64,000 bases of DNA, taken from a virus. Positions 38,701 to 46,823 of the stretch are shown here, piece by piece. A program made the translations under genes and the position numbers. Each line of letters starts with the position of its first letter. Position 1 is the stretch's first letter. Location of the stretch: IMG/VR virus record IMGVR_UViG_3300045999_007288, positions 10,049 to 74,048 of that record. One strand, written 5' to 3'. The notes under the pieces were generated by a model. That model was given only the letters and a program-made list of their open reading frames with translations, searched no databases and was not told the origin of the DNA.

Positions 38701-40810
38701 TACTAGATACAGTAATTAAATTATTGTTGATTACATCAGCAGTGATAGTTACAGTTTGTGGCACGGGCCGAAATAGACCGTCATTGGTAGATTCGTATGA
38801 ACTCACCATGCGAATAATAGAACTGCCGGCGTTTATTGGATTTGAATACCCAAACGGTCCGTAAATAGGATATCCGTCTGCCGCGAATCCTATAAGTTTA
38901 CTATGATTTGTTGTAGGATCTAAATACCCATTAGTAAAGCCCGATACATTTCCCCATGCATTGGCTGTAATAAAATTAGAATTTGTATAAACATAGCGAC
39001 CATTTTCCAATGGATAACCGCCGTAGCTGTCTTGCCCATTTATTAGCACCTGAGTAGTATCATAATTCCATTTACTGCCGTCTAATCCAGGAACCGAAGC
39101 ACCATTGCTTACACCATTGATAAGAATTCCTGGTAATGTGACCCCGATTACGTCAGACGAGTATGTAAGATTGTCGTGTTCTCCAGGATCATTCAGTCCG
39201 GGTCTATACGGATATTTCAATTTGAGATCTTGAGCGACGATATAATTTGTATTAACACTGTTAGGAAAAGTGCCAACTTTTACGTTCACACCGTCAGGGA
39301 AATTAGTTGTGGTTATAGTAAGTTGATCTTCTGCCAAATTAAGATTAGCAGTTGCATACAATACAAATTTGTTGCCAGGGTCATAATTCGATTTTGCTTG
39401 TGCTTGGTTAACTACTAAATCTGACACTGGAATTAATCGAATTCCTGTTCCTACTCCGTCAACATAATATTCTTTATTTTGATAAGATGCAGGCGTAACG
39501 CTGTTGTCGAAATTAATTTTTAGTCCGTTGGTAAAAACAATACCATTGGGGCTAATATAATTTGTTTTACCAATTACTTCTTCATCTATGTTAATGATAT
39601 TATTATTAGAATCTATAAGCCTGATCGTACCAACTTGATTTGCATCCGATCCATCTTGATAATACAATGTATTCAAAGGAGCAGTAATTACTGGTATCTG
39701 TTCTAATTTATTTTCAGAATTTGTATACCATTCCGTATTACCATAACTAATGCCTGACAGGACTAACACTTTATTTTCATTAGGTATAGGTAAGTAATAA
39801 ACTAGATTAATTACGAAATCTGCTCCTGCAGGTGTTAATACAATCTCCCAAATTCCATATCGTTGCCCGATTGGTACTGCGGTTGAGTTAGCGACCCAAT
39901 CAGAGTCTGAATTAAATGTAGGAAAAATTAAATATTTTCCGTTTAAATTTGCAACTTGGCCGTCAATGCCGCTGTAATTATTTTTAATGTCAGACAACAG
40001 TTTGCCTTGTAAATTAGCATAGCTTATTGTGCTTACTAAATCTACTGTTTGCACTGTTGGCATAGTAATATAGAAATCTTGTGCTGTTGGGTCTGGAACA
40101 AAGAAAGTTATAGTGCCAACATCTGTTCCGTTATTTTGTACACCCAACACTTGCCTTGTACTTAAATTAGTTTGAGGACTTAGTCCGCTTAATCCTGGAT
40201 TTGTTTGGATCCAAAAAGGCTTGCCAGGTTGATTAACTTTAAATGTGTAATTTCCTCCGCGGGCCAATACAATATCGGGATTAGGCGCAGTGTTATATCC
40301 ACTTACATTATAGACTTGTAGACCATTTTCGGCATAGATATTAAATGTACGTAACATATCTGCTTCGCCTGCAAATACATCAACTGATTCTGGACCATTT
40401 GGTAGCCAATAGTATTGACTAAAGTTAATAAATGCATCAGCATTTATTCTTGGATTATAACTGTAAAAATCACTTTCCCACAGATTGTCTTGATTACTAA
40501 TCTTTCCGCCGTAAAAATCTATTTTTTGTAAAACTTCAGGATAGGTAGTATGAAAATCCACTTCCCCTGTTTCTTTATTTTTTACGACTATACTGGGCTC
40601 AAGTTGATAGTCTGCACGAAGTGCAGTAGGCTCTTTAACATACGTGTTGATTCCTTTGAACCCGGGCGCAAATTTTCTTCCAACATAACCATTAATGGGA
40701 ACCAAATTTGGTTCTGTCATTAGTTGGTCAAGAGTAGCGTTTAAAAACCGCTTGTTGGTATCAGACTGGAATACCGCTGGAAGAAAATTTATTGTTTTAG
40801 TAATTGGCAT
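26789..40810 (-). CDS. Giant 4673-aa baseplate wedge/structural protein (gp7-like position) with YHYH-like and FG-GAP-like domains
   Basis: Single ORF after gp6. LIGFAADGYPIYGPFG and LDQYNGRFCVTPEFPNGTYAYF (YHYH-domain-like). Repeated FG.S...S....IGAP blades. GSGY...P.V.I.G repeats. W+..T.Y..GD short modules. Confidence 0.75.
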   Translation of the reverse strand: MPITKTINFLPAVFQSDTNKRFLNATLDQLMTEPNLVPINGYVGRKFAPGFKGINTYVKEPTALRADYQLEPSIVVKNKETGEVDFHTTYPEVLQKIDFYGGKISNQDNLWESDFYSYNPRINADAFINFSQYYWLPNGPESVDVFAGEADMLRTFNIYAENGLQVYNVSGYNTAPNPDIVLARGGNYTFKVNQPGKPFWIQTNPGLSGLSPQTNLSTRQVLGVQNNGTDVGTITFFVPDPTAQDFYITMPTVQTVDLVSTISYANLQGKLLSDIKNNYSGIDGQVANLNGKYLIFPTFNSDSDWVANSTAVPIGQRYGIWEIVLTPAGADFVINLVYYLPIPNENKVLVLSGISYGNTEWYTNSENKLEQIPVITAPLNTLYYQDGSDANQVGTIRLIDSNNNIINIDEEVIGKTNYISPNGIVFTNGLKINFDNSVTPASYQNKEYYVDGVGTGIRLIPVSDLVVNQAQAKSNYDPGNKFVLYATANLNLAEDQLTITTTNFPDGVNVKVGTFPNSVNTNYIVAQDLKLKYPYRPGLNDPGEHDNLTYSSDVIGVTLPGILINGVSNGASVPGLDGSKWNYDTTQVLINGQDSYGGYPLENGRYVYTNSNFITANAWGNVSGFTNGYLDPTTNHSKLIGFAADGYPIYGPFGYSNPINAGSSIIRMVSSYESTNDGLFRPVPQTVTITADVINNNLITVSSTNGLNPGMRVTVNSGGLESGSVWIINNGLKTATGLSPFSGTASQVQLSSNVTLTAGTTLTFEFLAGAFIEDYSYVEGSGTLDQYNGRFCVTPEFPNGTYAYFTTQASNGSPIYPYIIGRAFYGSTSIDTNTSLSTPDYIVISRASRDLNPWTRRNRWFHKDIIELTSLYNNTPQIFDSEQRAKRPIIEFDADLQLINFGKTAKPPVDIFDTVYTNAFLSIEGKTSIFVDGINLVQGMRVIFAADQDPFVRNKIWEVTLENVSGNPLGSDIIHLIQVDVIEEFNTVSVFNGVVNNGKSFYFLGDSWVEGQSKTSINQPPLFDVFDTDGISFSNQIKYPVINSATQFLGTKIFSYKLGTGTPDPVLGFPLSYKNFNNIGDIQFENNFDVESFSYGIDKVVYTKKIDSGLLYKNNADASITKLNVWTNVNTNTRQMQDIPFTYDGIDNTFKIDVTPEVATVKPNLLVYVNFKEISINDYLAYTVPDGILIVIKRNKLQINDRIDILVYSKNTSNLGFYQIPDNLNLNAQNRTLASPTLGELRNHIGSLSRNSLYFVGNYPGVSNLRDLYIENQSGTMLQQSAPVSFAAMFLSDEKYNFASGLINAQQEYTRFKNKFINIASNSNQINPSDPVGAVDYIIKQINSVKDKTFPWYYSDMVPYGDNKNVITYNIFNPQQRNYEITTIFSNETLSNKSILIYLNGSQLLYGRDYEFLVTGPGVGIKNNITLAVGNTLTIVEYQDTDGNWIPETPSKLGLYPKFTPAIYTDITYTEPQLMIRGHDGSLTPSFGDFRDNIVLELEKRIYNNIKVQYSNKLVSPYDSIPGKFRDTGFTISQYNNLLSRFYLQWASVNNLNYVENTTYQNDAPFSYNYSTALDIVDGQILPGSWRACFQYFYDTQRPNTSPWEMLGFSEEPDWWRSTYGPAPYTSGNKILWDDLEAGYIAAGPRVGTDQKFARPGLSKFIPVNENGQLLPPIGLLTNKYDSTQFNDNWNMGQFSPVETAWRNSSEYPFAVQYTAAIINPGKYFAYGITTNKYRYNPDLDQYLITGTNNRITQEDIDVNGYVNSSGDISRSSGYLNWISDYQVTRGATNKTPLLNFVRDYSIQLSYRMAGFSGKNYLKILAEQNSPNSTNETIIIPDDNYALILNKSTPVFNSRYSAVIIEKTGNGFTISGYDSARPYFTIVPPSQTGDYLLVTSEGQTVKYFNEFTNFKINIPYGTELTTLQQVANFISGYEQYLQLQGFKFEYYDETLAQIKNWQLSTKEFLFWVQQGWTNNSVIVLSPASNNLKLFNNTAVVDGINNTFYGTKVLNQNYKVLNTDNYTVTRDNNTFALSLTSTTDLIGYVDLNLVQYEHVLIFDNKTQFNDIIYDPIMGQRQYRLKLIGSKTGEWTGTLSASGFIYNQPGVAAWRQNKDYLQGDLVEYKSFYYTASKNLPGSTEFKFSDWLPVDKNKIRTGLLNNFARNAGIGETFYNVDRVNLESEFDQYALGLIGYRNRNYLNDLGLDDTSQVKFYQGFIKEKGTLNAINALGKVSFSGRPSDVTISEDWAFRVGSYGSTGTNQSIELVLDERYVLSNPTSLEVRSNNSVLFSSLYNDSQGLYKTSVVPWSPPFLINRTIDSDYSDDIQTAGYVSVDDIDFTLFDLTNVSTLNVDISNITAGSTIWIAKDYEQNWNVYRVSDSESNVISLSNALNTRVQVTTNKSHGLVKNDTILLTGVDKFTGFYKVQSIVGLTSFIIEFTGDLRGFSTFNQTGQLYKLISMKTENPLGITELTPRLGWSVNNKVWVNSYNSNSDWAVYNKTNPWKLTTALQKGTLENNFQFGAAVNLASDDNFAVIGQPGYNGNVGAITNYVINFNGILVEDVTLTSSANATVGLGSVIESGNAKVITGAPSSGNGIGYVFIYERENIGTLSDVQILSPASSNIGSFGTSIAISADDNWLYIGAPDDDIVYIYGYDNTVPDQDVVTLTPNGSVSSFTLPYVPVSAETIYVQGSSATYVPHRDYTVSSSTITFTSPPPAGTIIISQGPGYNLVGTISGNAGSQFGYSLSATVDGSQIMIGAPLEDVTANISGNITTYTGSGAIHLWNRSINNFIVQDEFTVTFDAIAPITNYTRVYIDNIEKFVGIDWYVSNSTLNLITFYSPPGQSKILTIETNVFHPIQTIVPKQPYTDQQFGYSVDICTNSCSLYTGAPYQSQVNLYNGAVYRFLNQGKVYGEIVGTKANAIVNSGDSIRINNYAVQFTDTSLSSVVNAINNVNALGEPIGPKIPGVTASIENNKLKLVSDSEVTFDKLNILPGVGTAISDLGLDIFPEVDIIYNNSTKSYDYFGKLVKVNNNSDILVVASDIAATLQSTVFDNSKTYTPSPTTFDGELTIFSEPVDDSGAVWIYSYLPNNVSTIEFPGIFTFIQQLTPTTTNDGLKTNDRFGSAISISKYELIVGSKNNKQLAFNGGRVYKFANPTNLLGWDVLRSQEPTVDINGIIKSYTYNALTQTVQYNLDYIDPAKGKILGLAEQELTYKIDYDPAIYNNASVDNVSVNNNLYWTDQQVGQLWWDLSTVRYIDYEQGSIKYRTTNWGRVFPGSSIDVYEWVESLYPPSQYVANGGDGEPKYNGNGAYVTLTYVDPATNFATVKYYFWVKNKTTVSTNQFGRTIPTTTVASYIESPKNSGVKYFAAVRNDSIALYNMVNEAVGRDIIFHLDYAKLLNSNIIHNEYALLSATNNKSENIPNNIYNKLLDSASGIDRFGNPVPDPTLAVQNRYGIDIRPRQSMFINRNEAIREMVLYVNSIFDLNVISQGYDLTRLSEGEPEPTPNSGAYDLKVANLEELSYVNIEILPMGYKVLVQSDSSVDNLWTIYIKDGVVDNWQPNTRYLTNTIVNYNGITYTVNQTITTGATFDVNDYTYYQVQNEWNLNRVQSYATSEYWQYKDWYAQGFDRTVKPTYIIETSAQLNDLTLRSKDLVKINNNGQGKWFLIQVYPNTVVTVGIQDGTIELKKNLYALEEFGLGFDADNFDTTRFDQNPGIETRQIIQTLKDDIFIDQLDSEFLNLFFVFINYILDEQKYVDWLFKTSFINVLQKIQGLNQPAIYIKENQEFYKQYIEEVKPYKTTLREYVVDYQGYDNYNSYVSDFDVPPTYDSVLKTTRSPSGEFIQDARLLQQPEYANWLSNYAYSISSIDIIDGGSGYTLPPIITITGSRNGNNAVARALITDGVLTKIILLYPGSDYVTTPVVTIDGGNGTGAIARANLVNGLVRNVKTTLVYDRYTYSTTIVDWKPETTFTQGTIIDYAGVAYIVNQTFTSPTTFNSNVLSFLTVYPIDNINNANDRIQAYYQPELGQPGKDLSLLQSGIDYPGVKVEGPTFSDNGGFGGSGPEPPLPGISAADGFDATLFDPLEFDENGIPILSDAILDAKITSTFDDITLGTKPEDIIVDGGPFVYSYFTEWKANSYYDKGDLISYNDKVWYVVTPTTTGNVFSTANLTIYNVGPYASHAPEEMVPGRVYDTLDMTVTTIATDPTASYYTNWSTAGGIQLDYIQIIDPGSGYSPSDIGVTLTGGSYFTQAQAQVILNSNGSAVSFQVVNNGGGYDTTPEVIITGANTSPIIATAIMKLSVSPNGNAWPMMSYRIFKDMNDNFTYLREDGASTTTLAANLSLTDTTIQVTDASKLATPSPNGGQPGVVYINGERITYYSKDLSTNTLGRIRRGTGGTGAKNHFTGNVVLDGSQNQVIPESGNYVWYARSQGPGTINVNVYSSTLEGVGTTFTTLTPGTQIFAGTNEENAVESTLGNSSTSSTFTGQQLIGTISSVLSDTVALLQVTKRNPNAPEGIPVEWAYISANNTPYFVAANISNVTVRYTGNITANNSSNIVTGNGTIFLAELNVGNDLYDNGGNLIGTISNVVSNTSAYISSNSSATLTNERFTTYYTFEANVAYVQTNSWYSLGNSAQANATGVLGNTTATNGQGLFNANTLPISFLKQGLQG

Positions 40811-40818
40811 CTTTAAGA

Positions 40819-43800
40819 TTAATTAATTATAGTATTTACCGTTAAATTTTGTATGTTTAATTGTGCTGCGGTAATAGCACTAATAATTTCAATATTTTCT
40901 ACTGTGGCACAGCTTATTAAAATTTCGTTAGGTTCGCTGTTGATCTGTTGTAATGATCCATATGTTTGACTAGTACTGTTGGGCACAATAATAATACTAC
41001 TGATGTTTGGCGCTAGACCTTGTTGGATATATGTTGCCAATTCAGTGAAATAAAATGTTTCTCCAAAATCCCAGTTACCCACTGCAAAAAATGCATTGAT
41101 ATACGCAAGTACTTGGCTTCGGATTTCGCTGTCAGTTAAGTTAATATTTGAATTTTTAATAATTTTAAATGTAGCTTGAAGTTCAGGTCTGGCTTTATTG
41201 CCAAACAAAGGTTTAAACTCTGCTGCATTATAAATGATAGCATCGCTGACCGATTTATAATTTTCTAAATCTCCGAATGCTAATTTTAGGCTTTCTCCTG
41301 TTTCTTTTTCAGGTTCCTGAACTGTTCCAGTAGTATCCAATACCCATGCTCGATATTCTGTTTCATATTCTTTAGTTAGCACATACAAATCTATTAGATT
41401 ACTTGGGCTTGGATCTATTCTTCTACTGCCAGGTGCATTATGTTTATATTGAAAATACAATGATGATCGACCAACTCTTGCAATATAATCATTGCTTTCA
41501 GTTAACGATCTTGTAGTAAGATCGATGGTTAAAACATAAAAAGTTTCTTCTTCGTATGCATAAAAAATCTGTCCTTCGATATAATTGTTAATATTTGGAA
41601 TAACCTCAAGTCGATTTCCAACAATCACAACTGCGGACGAAGGAATAGGTGTGAACGTTACAAAGCTATTATACCCATAAGTTTTTTCAAAGAAAACAAA
41701 CTTAGTAGGAGGATCATTGTTTACATCCGGCTGCACTACGGTATTGAAAATATCCGGATCATCTGGAACTCCGTCATTGTTTATATCACTATACGTAACC
41801 AACACTTTACTAGCATCCACATACCCATCTGATTCTGCAATCTGATCGTATATATACCAGAGTACATTTTCTGTTAGTGGTTGACCAGTGTCGGGATCTC
41901 CATTAACTTTTAAAATATTTACACTATCGTTAACTGTAAACCCAGTTATTGGATCAAAAATCTTTATTCTATTATCAAAATAAAATTTTGTTTCTTGTGT
42001 GCTTTCAAAAATATAACTTAATCCCCTAATTTGCACTGTATAAATCGAATTTGAAACAGTGAAGCTCAATAGCCAACTTGCATCCAAATTTTGACCGCTA
42101 GTTGAACCTTGATAGATTTGACTAAACGGATCAGTCAAATTTAAATCTTGGGCACTAATAGTTTGCCAAGTTTGAGTGTTTTGATCATATCTGATACCAA
42201 ATTCACTGTAGTTACTAATTAATCCTATAAGTTTAGAAACAAACTCTGTTGTAAAAGTATTACTAAATGTAGGTATTACAGTAATAGCTTGGGCATTGGA
42301 CGGTAAATTTAAACTTAATTTAACTGGGCCTTCGCCATTACTTAAATTGCCTTGATTACCGTTGCCCACTAAATTTGTAATAGAAACATAAAGTAAAGGT
42401 TGTCCGTTTTGCGGTACTTGACCACTAGAAGGTAATGCTACTATTTCGTTGGCAGAGTTAAAATAATTGCCAGGACCAGGACTGAATACAATAATACAGC
42501 CTTCGGTCAAATATCTATTATTTCCCACCACACCTGTCCCTACAGCAACTTTATTTCCTGAAGACGGAAAATCTAAGAAATATCCAGTACTACTGCCAGA
42601 TCCTGCGGTGCTTCTATTCCAATATAAGTTAGTCAGAGAGAATCTATTAAAATATTCATAATAAAAATGTTGCAGTGACTTACTTCTTATGCTAGGCAAA
42701 ATTTGATTTTCGATGATTCTATTAATATCTGCTGTTGTTCCAAATGTAAAACTAAAACTAGAATCAGCATCTTCTTTATATAAAATTCCGTCTTCTGAGA
42801 AAATATTAGTGCTGCTGTACCTGCCACTGGTATCAAATATATCTAAGTATCTACTAATTCCGCTGCTAGTTCGATTAACAGCTTTTACTTTACTGATTGT
42901 GCTATAGTTTGCATAAGGGAAAGTATTATAATCTTCCCCAGTGACCATACGATTTTGTGTATAGTATAATTGTGGTGCTTTGGTTTTAATTTCAGTGATG
43001 CTTTCCCTAGGAATAGCATTGGCCACTGTATATTTTAGACTGGCAACAATGGTTAATGTTTCCAATCTACCTGCACGACTAATATAAGGTATAGTCAGAC
43101 GAATATTTGTCATTTCGTCTGGTGTAATTTTATAACTTAATCCAGTACTAGTTCTAAAATAAGTTATGAAACTGCCCACAGGGATAGCAGCAAAAGTTCC
43201 ATCGCCGAATACTAAATCAATTTGATCTCCTGCCCTGGTGTTAACTTGATAACTTTTTTGTGCTGCATTATTATTATAGATAATATTGACCCCGTTAACA
43301 CTGGGAATTTGATTCCATGCTTGCCCTATGTTACCCAAACTGCCAATTTCGTATAACCACACATCTGAATTATTAATGTTATCAAAATTGATACTGGCTA
43401 AATTATTAGGTAAGCTTTCAGGAAACCGGAATGTCTGTGTTTGCAAGTTTCCTTGTTTAAAATAAAAGAAAAATCCTGTGTTGTTGCTGGCATTACCTAA
43501 ATTATCATTTTTGTAAATTACGTTAAGCGGGCGGCCTGGAGCCGGGGCTGCTTCATAAATGTAACTCTCGTCTACACTGGTGCCGCTGACTACTTCAAAA
43601 TTTAAAGCTGCATTTTCAATTTGAGTGTTATATCCAAAAACTGGTAATGTTCCAGGTGGTAAGTTTATATTGTACTCTGCGTTTAATACTCCAGCAATAG
43701 TCTTGCTATTACTGGGTTTACCAACTTGCTGATTGGTTGGCAAGGCTGCGTTAATTATTGTAATAAATTGTTCGTACCAATTAACGTTTCCGTTATCGTT

Positions 43801-44232
43801 CCAATTTACAATAAGATTAGTAAGGTCGATGCCGTTGCTGTCTTGTAATCTTTCAGTGGTTTGTACACTATCGAATTTTATAAAACCATTGGCCGTTTGG
43901 TTACGTTTAGGTACATAGCTAATTAATTTAGCTAGTTTTAAAACACTGTCTCTACGTTCTGCTGTATCAATAAAATTTTCACGGGCATTTAAATCTGTGC
44001 GAAATGCAAGACTTTGCCCTAAAAATGCGATAAGGTCAATTAATGCTATGTATTCACTGGATTCGATAAAATCGTTAAAATTTTCTGGATAGTATATGCG
44101 TAGATAATCCAACATTGTTTTACGCAAAGTTTGAAAATCATAACTCTGGAAATCCGCGTTTCTGAAAGTTTCGTAAAGAATAGTCCAGTCTTGATTGACT
44201 AAAAGACTACTTTGTCTGGTTGTAAGTGCCAT
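40819..44232 (-). CDS. gp6: Baseplate wedge subunit, T4 gp6-like
   Basis: SYDFQTLRK.M..YL, ENFIDTAERRDSVLKLAKLISY.PKR, FGDG.F..IP, ESITEIK..AP..YYTQNRMVT.EDY. Confidence 0.85.
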   Translation of the reverse strand: MALTTRQSSLLVNQDWTILYETFRNADFQSYDFQTLRKTMLDYLRIYYPENFNDFIESSEYIALIDLIAFLGQSLAFRTDLNARENFIDTAERRDSVLKLAKLISYVPKRNQTANGFIKFDSVQTTERLQDSNGIDLTNLIVNWNDNGNVNWYEQFITIINAALPTNQQVGKPSNSKTIAGVLNAEYNINLPPGTLPVFGYNTQIENAALNFEVVSGTSVDESYIYEAAPAPGRPLNVIYKNDNLGNASNNTGFFFYFKQGNLQTQTFRFPESLPNNLASINFDNINNSDVWLYEIGSLGNIGQAWNQIPSVNGVNIIYNNNAAQKSYQVNTRAGDQIDLVFGDGTFAAIPVGSFITYFRTSTGLSYKITPDEMTNIRLTIPYISRAGRLETLTIVASLKYTVANAIPRESITEIKTKAPQLYYTQNRMVTGEDYNTFPYANYSTISKVKAVNRTSSGISRYLDIFDTSGRYSSTNIFSEDGILYKEDADSSFSFTFGTTADINRIIENQILPSIRSKSLQHFYYEYFNRFSLTNLYWNRSTAGSGSSTGYFLDFPSSGNKVAVGTGVVGNNRYLTEGCIIVFSPGPGNYFNSANEIVALPSSGQVPQNGQPLLYVSITNLVGNGNQGNLSNGEGPVKLSLNLPSNAQAITVIPTFSNTFTTEFVSKLIGLISNYSEFGIRYDQNTQTWQTISAQDLNLTDPFSQIYQGSTSGQNLDASWLLSFTVSNSIYTVQIRGLSYIFESTQETKFYFDNRIKIFDPITGFTVNDSVNILKVNGDPDTGQPLTENVLWYIYDQIAESDGYVDASKVLVTYSDINNDGVPDDPDIFNTVVQPDVNNDPPTKFVFFEKTYGYNSFVTFTPIPSSAVVIVGNRLEVIPNINNYIEGQIFYAYEEETFYVLTIDLTTRSLTESNDYIARVGRSSLYFQYKHNAPGSRRIDPSPSNLIDLYVLTKEYETEYRAWVLDTTGTVQEPEKETGESLKLAFGDLENYKSVSDAIIYNAAEFKPLFGNKARPELQATFKIIKNSNINLTDSEIRSQVLAYINAFFAVGNWDFGETFYFTELATYIQQGLAPNISSIIIVPNSTSQTYGSLQQINSEPNEILISCATVENIEIISAITAAQLNIQNLTVNTIIN

Positions 44233-44250
44233 GCCTGTCCTCGTTTTATG

Positions 44251-44258
44251 TATTTATT
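44251..44258 (-). promoter_or_regulatory. Late-promoter-like AATAAATA upstream of gp6
   Basis: TAAATA core in the 45-nt intergenic gap. Confidence 0.55.
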
Positions 44259-44277
44259 GAGAACAAAATATGGTATT

Positions 44278-44655
44278 TTAAAGCATTGAATTATTTTGAA
44301 TCATTTGCTGATCAAACTGCACAGCCAATTTAGCAGTCTGATTTGTTTGGATATAAATCAGATCTAATTCTATTTGTAATCCTCTGTCATACTGAGTTAC
44401 AATCACATTCTGGGCTGCAATCCTTGGATCGTTTGCAACAATACGTTTTATGTCCTGTATTATTGTAGTTTTACTTTCTTCATTTAGGGGTTCGAATAGC
44501 ATATCCCATATTATAGTACCAAATTCGGGATTCATTAACTTTTCGCCTTTGCGAATGTTAAAATGATTTTGTAGATCTCGTTTGACTAATTCAAAATCAG
44601 TCAATCGAAATCTCTTGTTACTTTCTAATGTGCTGAATCCGTTGTATAATACCAT
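44278..44655 (-). CDS. gp25: Baseplate wedge subunit, gp25-like
   Basis: LVKRDL.NHFNIRKGEKLMNPEFGT.IWD.LFEP, DPRI. Confidence 0.9.
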   Translation of the reverse strand: MVLYNGFSTLESNKRFRLTDFELVKRDLQNHFNIRKGEKLMNPEFGTIIWDMLFEPLNEESKTTIIQDIKRIVANDPRIAAQNVIVTQYDRGLQIELDLIYIQTNQTAKLAVQFDQQMIQNNSML

Positions 44656-44663
44656 AACTATAT

Positions 44664-46820
44664 TTACCCTGTGCTAGTTATATTAGAGCTTTCAACACTA
44701 GCTTGTATAACGGGAACCTGTGTTTGACTGTATTTTCCTTGATTATAAAAAGCAGAAGCAGTTCTGCCATTATCGTCGGCTGTAGGTTGCCCTGTTTTAT
44801 ACCAGTTAGTTGCAGCAGCAGATCCGACTAAATGGGCAGCACTAACAATGCCTGCAACATCGTCTACGGAGCTGTTTGCTGCGATAATACCATTTTTTTG
44901 TAATCTTGCATAGTTCTCTTTAGTATAGTTATACATTGCCTTTTCTTGAATGGTTCCATTTTCTCTGAATGAATCCGAGCTCGAAATACCATCTTTTCCA
45001 GTCCAATTGTTGGGATTATTCAATGCTTCTGCTGTCTGCGGCGTTCCGGCCTTAATATATCCTAACTCTTGCAGTGCAAGAGACCCCAATTGATACTTGC
45101 CTTGATACCCTGCGTCATTTTGTGCTTGATAAGACCCGCCGCTTTCACTGTGTCCAATTTGTGCCATAACAGCTCTGAGTTGATTTTTATCTAATACGCC
45201 CATACTATCAATGGGCTCGGGCTGAGCAATAAAAATTCCAGCTGGTGCTGCTCCTGTTAAGTTTTCAGTAGCTGCTTGAGTTGGCCCTACATCAGTGATG
45301 TCGGTTGGAGGATTAATAGGATCTCCCAAAACATCTTTTGGCAAGCTAGCCACTGTTTCTCTTTGACTCTGAAATACTGCTGCTGCATCACCTCTGATGT
45401 ATGGTTCGTGAGTTGGTACTTTATAATTTGTAGAAATTAAAGAATTTTGTTGCGCGAACCAAATACCTGGATTAGCAACTTTAGCATCGGGTAATTGATA
45501 TAAGTTTATCCTACTGGGCGGATTTATTTCTGCGCCACCACCACCACCATTTAATGCTATCGCAGCACCGTTGACTGCAATAGAGCCACCTGCTCGTATA
45601 CCCATAGATTGTTGGGCAACTAAAGACAATCCAGAGCCGCTTCTTAGTTGTGCTTGTTTACCATAAAGATTTAATGCAGTTTCTGCACTAGCTTGGACTA
45701 ATTGTCCTGCCATTTTAACACTGCCCACTGCTTGCATATTAATATTACGACCTGCAAAGAAGCTAATATTACTATCACTGTGCATCATAATATTACCCTG
45801 AGTACGTAAAGCAAAATCTTTTGCACCGTAGACTAAAATGTCTCCTTCTTTGGTAAGTTCTATCCATGCAGTTCCGTTAGAATTTGCAACATATATAAAA
45901 CCTTCAGTGTCGTTTAACATTATCTGATGGCCCATTGCTGTTTTTAATCTTACCAAATTATCTTTACCTAATAGATCCCCGTCGTCCATGACAAGACTAT
46001 GGCCGCCCACTCTTGTTGTAACATTGTATGTCGCGGGATTAAATTCCCCTGACACCAATTTTTGTGCGATATTAGGATCTGTTGCTGGATCTTGATTGCC
46101 AAAAGGTCTGCCAGGTGTACTAAATCCAAATACTGTACTCACTGGATCGCGTTGACTACTGCTACTAATAGCTCCACGAACATTATCACTATCTAGTCCC
46201 TGTACAATCAATCTAATTGTTTGCGGAATATGTAGTGGTTTTTGTAAGTTAGGAAGAAAACTTGATTTGCCGTAAACATCTGCACTTTCCACTGTTTCTG
46301 CTACAGGATAAAATTTTCCCGGTAATAAGTAAGGGCCTAGTCCTGATTCAGAAATGCTTTCTTGAGAAATATAACTAAGTTCTACTGAACCAATTGCCGG
46401 AGTCATATTTCTTGTAATCGAAGAATTCACGCACGCAAACCAATACCCTTCTTGGCTTCCTGGAACAAAACAACACAAGACTTCTGTTCCAATATCCGGC
46501 GGACTCATATAAAATCCGTAACTCTGGGTCGAATCTGCAAAAGTATTTTGATTTGACTTAGGTTGTGTGTATTCTCCTAATCTACTAGATGTGCTGCCCA
46601 AAAAAGGGCTGGCATATGATACTAGTTTCCACGCCGACGCAAGATCGGGATTTGCGCCGCCAAACTGTGGTATAAACACTTGCAGTCTCCCTGACCTGGT
46701 GTTAGTGTCGATGGCTTTTACTTTTCCGATATATATTCCGCTGGGTTGCGGAATATCAATTTTTGTAGTATCGATGAATGTAGGGTGTTTTGTACCTAAG
46801 TATGGTTGATTGTATGACAT
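44664..46820 (-). CDS. gp5: Baseplate central spike (gp5/VgrG-like OB fold) with C-terminal lysozyme-like domain
   Basis: GIYIGKV..D..SGRLQV.IP, PPDIGTEVLCCF, GHSLVMDD, GHQIMLND, beta-helix repeats. C-terminal ESGG.Y...N..GY.GKYQ and AAHLVG. Confidence 0.8.
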   Translation of the reverse strand: MSYNQPYLGTKHPTFIDTTKIDIPQPSGIYIGKVKAIDTNTRSGRLQVFIPQFGGANPDLASAWKLVSYASPFLGSTSSRLGEYTQPKSNQNTFADSTQSYGFYMSPPDIGTEVLCCFVPGSQEGYWFACVNSSITRNMTPAIGSVELSYISQESISESGLGPYLLPGKFYPVAETVESADVYGKSSFLPNLQKPLHIPQTIRLIVQGLDSDNVRGAISSSSQRDPVSTVFGFSTPGRPFGNQDPATDPNIAQKLVSGEFNPATYNVTTRVGGHSLVMDDGDLLGKDNLVRLKTAMGHQIMLNDTEGFIYVANSNGTAWIELTKEGDILVYGAKDFALRTQGNIMMHSDSNISFFAGRNINMQAVGSVKMAGQLVQASAETALNLYGKQAQLRSGSGLSLVAQQSMGIRAGGSIAVNGAAIALNGGGGGAEINPPSRINLYQLPDAKVANPGIWFAQQNSLISTNYKVPTHEPYIRGDAAAVFQSQRETVASLPKDVLGDPINPPTDITDVGPTQAATENLTGAAPAGIFIAQPEPIDSMGVLDKNQLRAVMAQIGHSESGGSYQAQNDAGYQGKYQLGSLALQELGYIKAGTPQTAEALNNPNNWTGKDGISSSDSFRENGTIQEKAMYNYTKENYARLQKNGIIAANSSVDDVAGIVSAAHLVGSAAATNWYKTGQPTADDNGRTASAFYNQGKYSQTQVPVIQASVESSNITSTG

Positions 46821-46823
46821 AAT

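Noticed and set aside
26789-40810. Stop-codon reassignment or an intein explaining the giant ORF
   Set aside because: Genes translate full-length in the standard code and end in TAA, TGA or TAG. No intein splice or LAGLIDADG motifs were recognised.
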